Source: an uncultured Clostridium sp. (lineage in GTDB: Bacteria > Bacillota > Clostridia > TANB77 > CAG-508). From it: a stretch of 64,000 bases of DNA. The stretch lies in NCBI GenBank assembly GCA_902496295.1, contig CABVAF010000002.1, forward strand, positions 67,503-131,502, given 5' to 3'. The notes beneath the pieces were generated by a model, which searched no databases, was not told where the DNA came from, and saw only the letters and a program-made list of their open reading frames with translations. This document shows positions 9,462 through 18,024 of this stretch, piece after piece; the stretch's first letter is position 1, and the number at the start of each line of letters is the position of its first letter. Made by a program: the position numbers and the translations under genes.

Positions 9462-10181
9462 TTAAGATTGAGTATTTGTGGTTGTTGTGTTATTTACTGT
9501 AGTATCTGTCGTATTTGTTGTATCTGTTGTAGTCGTTGTGTTTGTTACAGTATTTGTATTTGTTGTTTGTGTTGATGTTGAATTAACATTTGTAGTAGTT
9601 TGTTCATTTTTTATTCTTATGTTTCTTGTAACAAATGTAGCTGTTAAGTCATTTCCTCCTGGAACAACCTTGAAGTTTTCTATTCTAAATCCAAGTTTAC
9701 TATCATTCTCTATTGCAGAAACAAAGTTTATAATTGCTATATAATGTCCTGTTATTGTATAGTTTATATTATAAACATTACTTTCTCCAGTATCTCCTGA
9801 AACCATTTCAAATTTAGCTATAACTCCTTCATTTGTTGCATGATTTCCCATTCTTGTCCACAAAAATTCAATTAAATAAGTTTCTTCTTGATTTGCCTCT
9901 TTCAATTCTCCTTCAGTACTTACACTAGCTAAGTCTAAATAAGTTTTCTTAGCATCCATCATAGTGTCTGTTTCTCTTCCTAGTTCTGAAGTTTTAGATG
10001 GAAATGTAGTTTCTCTTTGTGTTTCTATTTCGCTTATTTCTTGATCGAGTTTATCATTCTTATCTTTTATTTGGCTTACACTTAATACTTGGAAACTTCC
10101 AATCGAAATTCCATTAAATATTGCAAAATATCCTAGTACGCACAATAAAATTATAAGAATTATCAATAATAATTTTCTCAT
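9462..10181 (-). CDS. PilO-like pilus assembly protein with Thr/Asn-rich C-terminal tail
   Basis: N-terminal TM, a coiled-coil segment and position right after pilMN (4-nt overlap). About 45 aa of T/N low-complexity sequence at the C-terminus. Confidence 0.55.
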   Translation of the reverse strand: MRKLLLIILIILLCVLGYFAIFNGISIGSFQVLSVSQIKDKNDKLDQEISEIETQRETTFPSKTSELGRETDTMMDAKKTYLDLASVSTEGELKEANQEETYLIEFLWTRMGNHATNEGVIAKFEMVSGDTGESNVYNINYTITGHYIAIINFVSAIENDSKLGFRIENFKVVPGGNDLTATFVTRNIRIKNEQTTTNVNSTSTQTTNTNTVTNTTTTTDTTNTTDTTVNNTTTTNTQS

Positions 10182-11824
10182 GGTAAATCTCCTTCTATTA
10201 CAATTTTAACCATATTGCCATCTTTTGTTCCCATTGTTGATACTACAGTGTCTGCTTTTAAAATGTTTTCATTAGCTATTTTTACTTTAAAATATCCTAA
10301 TTGTTCATATTTTTCAGACTGTGCATTTATAACAATATGACTTCCTGTAGTATTTTCTACTGAAGTAAGCTGTACTTCTTTTGGAATTATAAACATAATT
10401 TCACTAAGCATTGTTGTAACTGCATTTTTATTTTTCTGGTCATCTTGTATTTTTTCACTTGTGCTTCTTAAATTGTCTGCTAATTGTAAATATTGATTTG
10501 TTTTTGCTTTTACTGCATTTATATCTGTATTTACTTCTGCTAGCTTTGATATGGTATCTGCTCTTACTTCATCTGCTTCTCTAGTCTTTTCTTCATATTG
10601 GTTATTAATTATTGCCGTAAATCCTGTATATAATAAAATTAATATTAAAACTCCTGCTGATACTCTTAATAACCATCTTTCTGTTGCATCTAATTTAGAT
10701 TTCCAATCAACAGAGAAAAAGTCCTTTAGCCCATTTCCTATTTTACTATTAGCATTTGGACTTCCAATGTCTACTGTCATCCATTCTGGTAAATTATCTG
10801 TAATGCTATGTTTTTTAAAGTTCATGTCTTTAACACCATAGCCCAATCCTTGTAAAGCCATTGCCATTGCAGAATTAACTTCTACATAGTCTTTAATATT
10901 AACTTTTATAGTGTCCTTTATAAAAAATGGTTTTAATATTTCACATTTTTCTGTATTAAAAAATTCTTGGAAGTATAAGTCTATGTTGTTTACAACTGAT
11001 AATGTTCCTGTAATATATATTCTATCTATGTCTATTGCAGAATTTTCTATTATTTTTTGTGATTTTTCTGCTATTTTATATAATGTAGGCATAATATTAT
11101 CTAAGTACTCATTTTCTGTGTCTTGTAACTCTTGTCCTTCCATTGTGTATATAGTAGAATTCTTACAAATTTCATATGCTTTTGAATAAGAATTCTCTTT
11201 AACATTTATACCATCTAATACTTCACTTGCCCCATTTTCTATAGTATCTACACTATAAACTTTTTGATTAACTATTAATGTTACTGTTGTTTTGTCTTCC
11301 ATATTTATAATTGCAATATTTTCTTTTTGTTTCATTTTAGCAATATTTGCAATTGTCATTCCTATAGGAGAAATTGCAGCAATTTTATTTTCTGATAGTT
11401 GTTGTTCTATTGCATTAAGATTATTTTTATTTGCTGCTACATGTATAACTTTTACTCTATCTTTGTCACTTAAAGAATTTACAAGAGCATATCTTGTATC
11501 TACTGCATTTTTATTTAATCCCTTTTCCGCACAATAAGATTCATATTCTGTCTCAATAGCTTTTTTCAAGTCTTTTTTATTTAGCATGCTAAACATATAA
11601 AAGTAGTTGTACACTTCGTCTGCTAAATTTATACTTACTGGTACTTTAAAGCTGTATGTCTCAGAAATTATTTGCTTTATTGCTTCTCCTAATTTATCAT
11701 AAAATTTTAGCCCGAATGACTCTACTTTTAAGTTATCACGATCTTTCGATATTTTTGCATATTTAATTATATTACTTTCTACATATAATCCTAAGCAACT
11801 CGTCATTTCTTTCTCCTTTGTCAA
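10178..11824 (-). CDS. pilM: PilM-PilN fusion (actin-like ATPase plus bitopic PilN-like domain)
   Basis: FtsA/PilM-like N-terminal ~340 aa, then a TM (VSAGVLILILLYTGFTAII) and coiled coil. The real start is probably ATG at 11806 (MTSCLGL...), preceded by AAGGAGAAAG. The track start is a TTG. Confidence 0.75.
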   Translation of the reverse strand: MTKEKEMTSCLGLYVESNIIKYAKISKDRDNLKVESFGLKFYDKLGEAIKQIISETYSFKVPVSINLADEVYNYFYMFSMLNKKDLKKAIETEYESYCAEKGLNKNAVDTRYALVNSLSDKDRVKVIHVAANKNNLNAIEQQLSENKIAAISPIGMTIANIAKMKQKENIAIINMEDKTTVTLIVNQKVYSVDTIENGASEVLDGINVKENSYSKAYEICKNSTIYTMEGQELQDTENEYLDNIMPTLYKIAEKSQKIIENSAIDIDRIYITGTLSVVNNIDLYFQEFFNTEKCEILKPFFIKDTIKVNIKDYVEVNSAMAMALQGLGYGVKDMNFKKHSITDNLPEWMTVDIGSPNANSKIGNGLKDFFSVDWKSKLDATERWLLRVSAGVLILILLYTGFTAIINNQYEEKTREADEVRADTISKLAEVNTDINAVKAKTNQYLQLADNLRSTSEKIQDDQKNKNAVTTMLSEIMFIIPKEVQLTSVENTTGSHIVINAQSEKYEQLGYFKVKIANENILKADTVVSTMGTKDGNMVKIVIEGDLP

Positions 11825-11999
11825 AATAAACTTTTATACTACTATGTTTCTCATAACCATAATAAAAATACTTGTATTTTTTTCTAAAGTTACAAAATCC
11901 CCTTTTTTTGGTCAAAATAACCTTTAATTGTTACTTAAATTTTATCGTTTTTATCGAAAAAGTCAATATTAGCTCTTAATTTTTAATGCAAATGTAATA

Positions 12000-12908
12000 T
12001 CATTGTAATATACGTGTAACATTATTTTCATATATAATATTTTTAATTTTTTCAGCACATGCAACTGGAGAAATTTCTGCGGGAATTCCTAATTTCCATG
12101 AAAATTTTATATTATTTTTTTGTGCAATTTCACGATTAATTCCTCCCGGTTTAGATGCTATATCTAGAACAAATACTTCCTTATTTAATAGTTCAATTTC
12201 TTTTTTATCTAAAACTAATTTTGGAATTGTATTAACAATAATTTCGAATTTTGTTAAATTATTGTTTAAATTTTCTTTTGAAATTGTATTAATAGCATTA
12301 GCATTTAATAATTCTTTCTCTTCTTTACTATTTGGCATACAATATATATTTTCCGTAAAGTTTTTCAAAACATTACATAAAATTTTTCCTATTCTTCCAT
12401 ATCCTAGGACTAAAATTTTGCTATTAAATATAGTGTTTTCTGTATTTTCTATTAAATATTTTATTATTCCTTCAACAGTAATTTTTGCATTTGTAATTAC
12501 ATATCTTTCATCTTTCAATATATCTAAAAATTTATTATTATTTTTCTTTAACATCTCATCAAACTTTTCTGGAACCATTCCCGAAATTAAAAAATTATTT
12601 TTCAAATTTAAAAAGAATTCTTCCAAACTTATTTTTAAATTTGTATATTCTCCTGTTAAATATTCCTTATCTTTGCTAATTGGTATACCTGTAACAACTA
12701 TATTGCTATTTGTAATTGCTTTTTCTAAATTTGTACACTCTTCTAGATTAGTATAATTTTCTTCATTTTCTAGTTTTTTACTTTCTATAATTTCATAATA
12801 CATTTTTTCATTTGCATATAATCTCACATAATTATCATTATCTTTTAAAAGTAATTTAGCAAGTTCTAAGTTTCTTCTATCTCCACCTATTAAACATATA
12901 TTTTTCAT
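12000..12908 (-). CDS. dpaA: Dipicolinate synthase subunit A-like dehydrogenase
   Basis: Resembles SpoVFA as I recall it: LIGGDRR at the N-terminus, TVEG, VLGYGRIGK Rossmann motif, NTIP, LDIASKPGG and GIPA. Confidence 0.6.
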   Translation of the reverse strand: MKNICLIGGDRRNLELAKLLLKDNDNYVRLYANEKMYYEIIESKKLENEENYTNLEECTNLEKAITNSNIVVTGIPISKDKEYLTGEYTNLKISLEEFFLNLKNNFLISGMVPEKFDEMLKKNNNKFLDILKDERYVITNAKITVEGIIKYLIENTENTIFNSKILVLGYGRIGKILCNVLKNFTENIYCMPNSKEEKELLNANAINTISKENLNNNLTKFEIIVNTIPKLVLDKKEIELLNKEVFVLDIASKPGGINREIAQKNNIKFSWKLGIPAEISPVACAEKIKNIIYENNVTRILQ

Positions 12909-13030
12909 AAAAAATCACCCATATATTATATGGGTGTTAATTAATAAAGTTATTAAATTTTCAGTAATTTTACTATTGGTGTTATTTTCATTATTATAAT
13001 TCTATAATAATTTGGATTTAATCTCTTAAT

Positions 13031-14224
13031 TTATTTTTCTTTTTCCTTTTCTTTACTTACCTTTCTCATGTTTTCCATCATCTTTATGTCATTATTATTT
13101 AATCTTCCTACTAATATATATGTATTTTTCAAATGTTCTCTTGCTGTTTTTTCTTTTTTATTCATCTTTACTTCCAATTTTACTTTTTCTTCATTTGGTT
13201 TAATTTTATCTTTTATAGAAAAGAAAATTGGGTCTTTCACTATTTTATCGTAAATTTCATAATCCATTTGTATAGCTAAATTAATGTAATTTACTGCTTT
13301 ATCTTCCTCTCCCTTTAGCATAGCTATTTGTGCTAGATAATAATATGGTCCCGCTTCTTTTTCTTCTGATTGAACATTTTTCATAAAATATTTTTCTGCC
13401 TCTTCTAGGTCCCCATATAAAAGTGCAATTTGTCCTAAGCTAAAGTTAGGATTATATAAAAGAGAATTAAGTTCTGCTGCTTTTTCATAAAATTCTTTTG
13501 CTCTTTGGAAGTCATTAAGCATTGTATATGCAATTCCTAGATTATAATAAATATCATAGTTTGTAGCATTATATTTAAGTGCATTCATATATACGTTAAT
13601 CGCTTCTTTATATTTCTCTTGCTCCATATATATATTGCCCAACAAGTCAACCGCTTTATAATTTTCTGGAACTATTTTTACTAAATCTGTTAGTATTTCT
13701 ACCGCTTCATCTTTTCTTTGATTTTCATTTAACAGTCTAGAAAGTTCGTATGTTGAAGCATAATCTCTAGGATTTATACTTACTACTTTCATATATTCCG
13801 TAATAGCCCATTCATAATTTTCCTCTTGCTCGTATATCTTCGCAAGCATCTTGTGAGCCATATAACTTTCTTCATTTTCTTCTATTATTTTTTCAAGGTA
13901 TTTTTTTGCCATTTCATTTTTATTTAGTCTTATACAAGTTTTAGCTGCAATAAAATTAAATAATTCTGGAAATTGTATTTTTTTTACTTTTTCAATAATA
14001 AGTACTACAACAGGTATTATTATTGCTAATAAATATGATATTAATCTTATTATTATATTTAATTCTATAGAAAATATTAGCTCTAGAAAACTAATTAGCA
14101 TTCCTATAAATTGTACTACCAATAGATAAACATATGTAGCATTATTTTTAGATATCATTTTTAGAAAAAAGATTGTAAAAAGCGCAATTGATAATACCCC
14201 AAATATTATTTTCTCTATTATCAT
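13031..14224 (-). CDS. Membrane-anchored TPR-repeat protein
   Basis: About 3 N-terminal TM helices followed by repeated Y-x-x-A-x-x-Y/F-x-K-A/L TPR-like units. Confidence 0.7.
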   Translation of the reverse strand: MIIEKIIFGVLSIALFTIFFLKMISKNNATYVYLLVVQFIGMLISFLELIFSIELNIIIRLISYLLAIIIPVVVLIIEKVKKIQFPELFNFIAAKTCIRLNKNEMAKKYLEKIIEENEESYMAHKMLAKIYEQEENYEWAITEYMKVVSINPRDYASTYELSRLLNENQRKDEAVEILTDLVKIVPENYKAVDLLGNIYMEQEKYKEAINVYMNALKYNATNYDIYYNLGIAYTMLNDFQRAKEFYEKAAELNSLLYNPNFSLGQIALLYGDLEEAEKYFMKNVQSEEKEAGPYYYLAQIAMLKGEEDKAVNYINLAIQMDYEIYDKIVKDPIFFSIKDKIKPNEEKVKLEVKMNKKEKTAREHLKNTYILVGRLNNNDIKMMENMRKVSKEKEKEK

Positions 14225-14242
14225 ATTATCCCTTCCTAAATA

Positions 14243-14773
14243 TTATTTTTCAAAGACTTCCTTATATCTTTCTATACATTTTTGTATTATTTTTTCTGCT
14301 TCCTCTCTGCCTAGCATTTTGTCTACTGTTGTGCATTTACCTTCTAACTGCTTATACACTTCAAAAAAGTGCTTTAATTCTGCTAGTAAATTTTGAGGTA
14401 TTTCAGAAATATCTTTATAACAATTTAAAAAAGGATCATCTTTACATATTGCTATAATTTTTTCATCTTCTTCATTATCGTCTGTCATTATTAAAACCCC
14501 TATAGGATATGTTTCTACCAAAGTCATAGGTGTAATTTCTTCTTGGCATATAACAAGAACATCTAATGGATCATTATCTCCTGCATACGTTCTTGGAATA
14601 AAACCGTAATTTGCTGGATAATGTGTAGATGTATATAATACTCTATCTAGTTTTAACATTCCAGTTTCTTTGTCTAGTTCATATTTATTTCTACAATTTT
14701 TGTTTATTTCGATTACAGATATAAAACTATCTTTTGAAATTCTATCTTTATTAATATCATGCCAAATATTCAT
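14243..14773 (-). CDS. ppa: Family I inorganic pyrophosphatase
   Basis: YPANYGFIP and DNDPLDVLV signature. 176 aa. Confidence 0.9.
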   Translation of the reverse strand: MNIWHDINKDRISKDSFISVIEINKNCRNKYELDKETGMLKLDRVLYTSTHYPANYGFIPRTYAGDNDPLDVLVICQEEITPMTLVETYPIGVLIMTDDNEEDEKIIAICKDDPFLNCYKDISEIPQNLLAELKHFFEVYKQLEGKCTTVDKMLGREEAEKIIQKCIERYKEVFEK

Positions 14774-14934
14774 AACAATTGTAAAATAGTTATAAAACTA
14801 TTTTCTCCTTTCTTAATAAACTCAATTATAATTTAACATTTTTATATAATATAGTCAACATTTAATGCACAATTGTTGATATCATGTAATAATATTTAAC
14901 TTTTAAATTTATATTATTGATGATAATTTTATAC

Positions 14935-14995
14935 GAAAAAAAGACTTAAAATTGGTAAATTAATAAATTTTAATTACCATTTTTATTTTAAGTCT
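14935..14995 (-). terminator. Long-hairpin terminator after the XRE/72-aa module
   Basis: Outer stem AGACTTAAAAT/ATTTTAAGTCT with an inner TGGTAA..TTACCA stem, followed by T7 on the minus strand. Confidence 0.6.
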
Positions 14996-15088
14996 ATACT
15001 AACTTGTGTTATTAATTATTAAAAATAATGTGTATTAAATTAGTGTCAAATAATAAAAATAAACGCCTTAAGTAAAATAACTTTACAG

Positions 15089-15307
15089 TTATTTGCCTTT
15101 TAACTCTTTTAAAATGTTTTTACATAACTTATTAAATTTAATTTTGGAAAGATAACCTATTGTCTCACTAGATAAATAATTTTCTTTAAAAGCAAGTCTA
15201 TTCCATTCCACTTCGGTAATGGTTTTTCTCTCTTGTTCTATATAAGCCCTCAATGCTTTTAAACTTTTGTTATAATAATCGTTATTTTCCATTTCTGCCA
15301 TTACCAT
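15089..15307 (-). CDS. Small hypothetical protein co-transcribed with the XRE regulator
   Basis: Start overlaps the XRE stop (ATGGTAATGG). 70-72 aa, charged and helical. No recognisable family. Confidence 0.5.
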   Translation of the reverse strand: MVMAEMENNDYYNKSLKALRAYIEQERKTITEVEWNRLAFKENYLSSETIGYLSKIKFNKLCKNILKELKGK

Positions 15308-15501
15308 TTCACCCTATATAACTCGTTAATGTCAACATTTAACGCCTTTGCTAATTTAACCATAACTAATAAACTAGGTGATTTTACGTTGTTTTCAATA
15401 TCATTAATATGAGTTTTCGAAACCCCGCTTTTCTCAGCTAGTTTTGTTAAAGTCATTCCTTTCTTTTCTCTTACTTGCCCTAGTAATATTTCAATATGCA
15501 T
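15301..15501 (-). CDS. XRE-family helix-turn-helix transcriptional regulator
   Basis: MTLTKLAEKSGVSKTHINDIENNVKSPSLLVMVKLAKALNV is a classic Cro/C1 HTH. 66 aa. Confidence 0.85.
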   Translation of the reverse strand: MHIEILLGQVREKKGMTLTKLAEKSGVSKTHINDIENNVKSPSLLVMVKLAKALNVDINELYRVKW

Positions 15502-15806
15502 TTTCCCTCACCAAAAGATATATCTGTTATTTTGTTCTATTTAAACACAGAAACTCTCCGCTGTGGCGGAAATTACATATTTTATTTCTTTTAATTTTTC
15601 GTTTAATTAGTACAACTGAATTCCCATGCTAGTTTCAAAGCTTGGTATTAATTGTAAAGACATACAATTTTTTCTATTTAATTATGTAAAATAGATATTA
15701 GCATAGCAATGTCTTTTTGTCAAACGTCTTTTAATATGTATTTATAGGTAAAATAAGTACATTTTATTCCATATTTTATATTATTAATATAGTTTTCGCC
15801 TACTTT

Positions 15807-16616
15807 TCAAATATAATGCTCTATTGCGACAATTAGTTTGCCTTTTTTAGTTTTCCCTTCTATGTTTTTTATTATAAACTTCCCTTTTCCTCTAATTACT
15901 ATTATGTCATTTACATTTATTATCTTTGAATTCTTTGTCTCATTTATATAATTTAAAAATACCCTTTGATCCTCAATTATTTTAACTACCATTGTTCTTG
16001 AACAATGTGCAAGTTCTGAAACTATGCAATCTAATCTCATTGCAGCAACAGTAATTTTAAGTTCTTCTGTTTTTATATTAGGTTTTCTTATTGCGTTTAT
16101 TTCAAGTTCTTCTATTTCTGATTTGCTAAAACGAGTTAATTGTTTTAAATTAGTTAAAACATAATTACAAATATCTTTGCTTACTACCACATCTGCACCA
16201 TCCTCGAAAACCAATATATCTCCTATTTTTTCTCTTTTTATCCCCAACTTCATTATTCCACTTAAATAATCTTTATGTACATACTCTCCTTTTAGCTGAT
16301 TAGGTAATGTAATTCTTATTAATTTTATAAATTGTGAAAAATTGAATTTATTATTTTTAAATATATCGTCATACTTTTCTGGATATATAATAAGCATCGC
16401 TTTTTCTGTATTTTCACAAGGATAATAATATAAAAAATTCTTCTCTTTTTCTGAATTCAGTACTTCTTCTGTAATTTTTCTTTGGTACATATCTAAAAAA
16501 TCGGTATTAGTTATTTGGTTTTTTGTTTTTGAAAATTTAATTTTATCTAATATTTTAGATACTAATAATTTATCTTCTTCATTTTTATATCTATTTATTA
16601 ATTCTTGCTTATCCAT
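15807..16616 (-). CDS. YlmH-like S4-domain RNA-binding protein
   Basis: Size (~269 aa) and C-terminal S4-like segment (MRLDCIVSELAHCSRTMVVKIIEDQRVFLNY) resemble YlmH. Confidence 0.5.
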   Translation of the reverse strand: MDKQELINRYKNEEDKLLVSKILDKIKFSKTKNQITNTDFLDMYQRKITEEVLNSEKEKNFLYYYPCENTEKAMLIIYPEKYDDIFKNNKFNFSQFIKLIRITLPNQLKGEYVHKDYLSGIMKLGIKREKIGDILVFEDGADVVVSKDICNYVLTNLKQLTRFSKSEIEELEINAIRKPNIKTEELKITVAAMRLDCIVSELAHCSRTMVVKIIEDQRVFLNYINETKNSKIINVNDIIVIRGKGKFIIKNIEGKTKKGKLIVAIEHYI

Positions 16617-16771
16617 ATTTTTTCTAACCTCATATAAATCTATATTAATATAATATCAAAAATCTTAAGTTATAACAAGTGGCGGCAGGTAAATCAGAAC
16701 TTTCCTATTGAAAATTATAAAAAACTTATGTTATACTCTGCTTATAAAAAATTATTTATGGAGGTACAATT

Positions 16772-17431
16772 ATGAGTACAGAAAACAAGAAGACTATAGA
16801 AGTGTACGAAAGAACAGCACATTTATACTTGGCTAACAGTATTGAGCATGATAATCTTGACCCAGCTAAAGCTATGCGAAAACGTGAAAAATTACAAAAG
16901 TTAATTAAAACAAGTTTTTTAGATTTACCAAAAAACGCTAAAGTATTTGAGATTGGCGCTGGAGATGGCTCTAACTCAAAATTTATTAAAGATTTAGGTT
17001 TTGATGTAACAGCAAGTGATACAGCAGATGATTTTATAAATGCTATAAAAAGTAAGAACTTACATACAATAAAATTTGACGCTTTAGAAGATAACTTTCC
17101 AGAAAAGTATTCTGGAGTTTTTTGTTGGAGAGTATTCGTTCATTTTACTAAAGAAGATGCTTCAAAAATAATTCAAAAAGTATATGATGCACTTGAGGAC
17201 AATGGAATTTTTATATTTAATGCTATGAATCGTGAAATTAGAACTATTGATAATGAGTGGGTAGATTTTAGTGGAGAATACCACATGGGAGAAGAACGTT
17301 ATTATAGTTATTTCCGTCAAGAAGACTTAGACAACATAATTAATAAAACTAATTTTAAAATAAAATCTTTCTATAAAGAAGGCGGCGAAAACAATAATAA
17401 ATGGCTAGTATATGTATTAGAAAAAAATTAG
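16772..17431 (+). CDS. Class I SAM-dependent methyltransferase
   Basis: Motif I VFEIGAGDGSNS followed by an acidic loop VTASD. 219 aa. Confidence 0.7.
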   Translation: MSTENKKTIEVYERTAHLYLANSIEHDNLDPAKAMRKREKLQKLIKTSFLDLPKNAKVFEIGAGDGSNSKFIKDLGFDVTASDTADDFINAIKSKNLHTIKFDALEDNFPEKYSGVFCWRVFVHFTKEDASKIIQKVYDALEDNGIFIFNAMNREIRTIDNEWVDFSGEYHMGEERYYSYFRQEDLDNIINKTNFKIKSFYKEGGENNNKWLVYVLEKN

Positions 17432-17480
17432 TCATTATGAATTAATTTTATCATTTTACATATAAAGTATTTACAACTTA

Positions 17481-17524
17481 AAAAAAAGCAGTGAAAAGAT
17501 TTTAAAATCTTTTCACTGCTTTTT
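17481..17524. terminator. Bidirectional terminator
   Basis: Perfect 16-bp arms GCAGTGAAAAGATTTT/AAAATCTTTTCACTGC flanked by A8 and T5. Sits between convergent genes. Confidence 0.8.
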
Positions 17525-17533
17525 AGGGTTAGC

Positions 17534-17848
17534 TCATTTCCTCAATTCTCTGCGTATTTTTTCGGCCATGCCGACGTCGTTGAAAGTAATTCGAATGTTT
17601 TTCCCACTAGCTTTTACCTGCGCACCACACTTCTCGAACGTTTCTTGCATATACTGCTTTAACTCTTTCATATAGATTTGTGCCAACGCATCGTTCTGCT
17701 CCTGAAGCTGGAATTCGATAACTCTTCCTCTGCTTGGTTCCACTAATTTGAGTGGAACCTTTCCCATTTTTCTTCTCCGATACGAGTTTTGACGTGCCCG
17801 CTCTGCTCCTCTACGGAATCCCTCAGAAAACGAAGCTAAAATTCCCAT
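17534..17848 (-). CDS. Orphan 104-aa protein of foreign composition, Arg-rich N-terminus
   Basis: AGGAGG SD 7 nt before the ATG. About 42-45% G+C in hand-counted blocks versus ~27% in neighbouring pepT. C/G-ending codons. No family recognised. Confidence 0.6.
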   Translation of the reverse strand: MGILASFSEGFRRGAERARQNSYRRRKMGKVPLKLVEPSRGRVIEFQLQEQNDALAQIYMKELKQYMQETFEKCGAQVKASGKNIRITFNDVGMAEKIRRELRK

Positions 17849-17855
17849 ATTGTTT

Positions 17856-17894
17856 CCTCCTAAAAATATCTGGAGGTTTACACAGCCCCTCCAG
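17856..17894 (-). promoter_or_regulatory. 5' leader with anti-anti-SD / anti-SD / SD arrangement
   Basis: RNA reads CUGGAGG-11 nt-CCUCCAG-AUAUUUUU-AGGAGG-7 nt-AUG. CCUCC can pair with either the upstream GGAGG or the SD. Confidence 0.4.
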
Positions 17895-17950
17895 AAAAAA
17901 TAAATAAATTCTCTCTTGACTTTGCTGTGTAAAGTGCAATAGATAAGTTT

Positions 17951-17979
17951 ATTATATCATGTTTTCCGCTAAAAATCAA
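17951..17979 (-). promoter_or_regulatory. Sigma-A type promoter of the 104-aa orphan gene
   Basis: TTGATT-17 nt-TATAAT on the minus strand. Confidence 0.6.
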
Positions 17980-18024
17980 AACATCTCATTTTGTTGCATA
18001 GTAAGTAAACATTCTATAACTACA

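Noticed and set aside
9478-9744. 88-aa plus-strand ORF rich in Val (VVVVF...)
   Set aside because: It is the antisense of the Thr/Asn-rich tail of the PilO-like gene (ACN codons read as NGT/GTN) and is an artefact.
1528-11824. Interpreting the pilus cluster as a ComG-type competence pseudopilus or a T2SS
   Set aside because: PilT, a PilM-PilN fusion and a PilO-like protein are present, and there are no comGA-GG-style small pseudopilin sets or secretin. This fits a type IV pilus. The organism is apparently Gram-positive, since a sortase signal and lspA are present.
12262-12756. 164-aa plus-strand ORF inside the dpaA-like gene. The same class of ORF occurs at 612-1091, 925-1167, 10551-10841, 10911-11189, 47527-47952, 53214-53636 and others.
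   Set aside because: These are all antisense or out-of-frame shadows of longer ORFs with recognisable motifs. They are hydrophobic low-complexity translations expected from AT-rich DNA.
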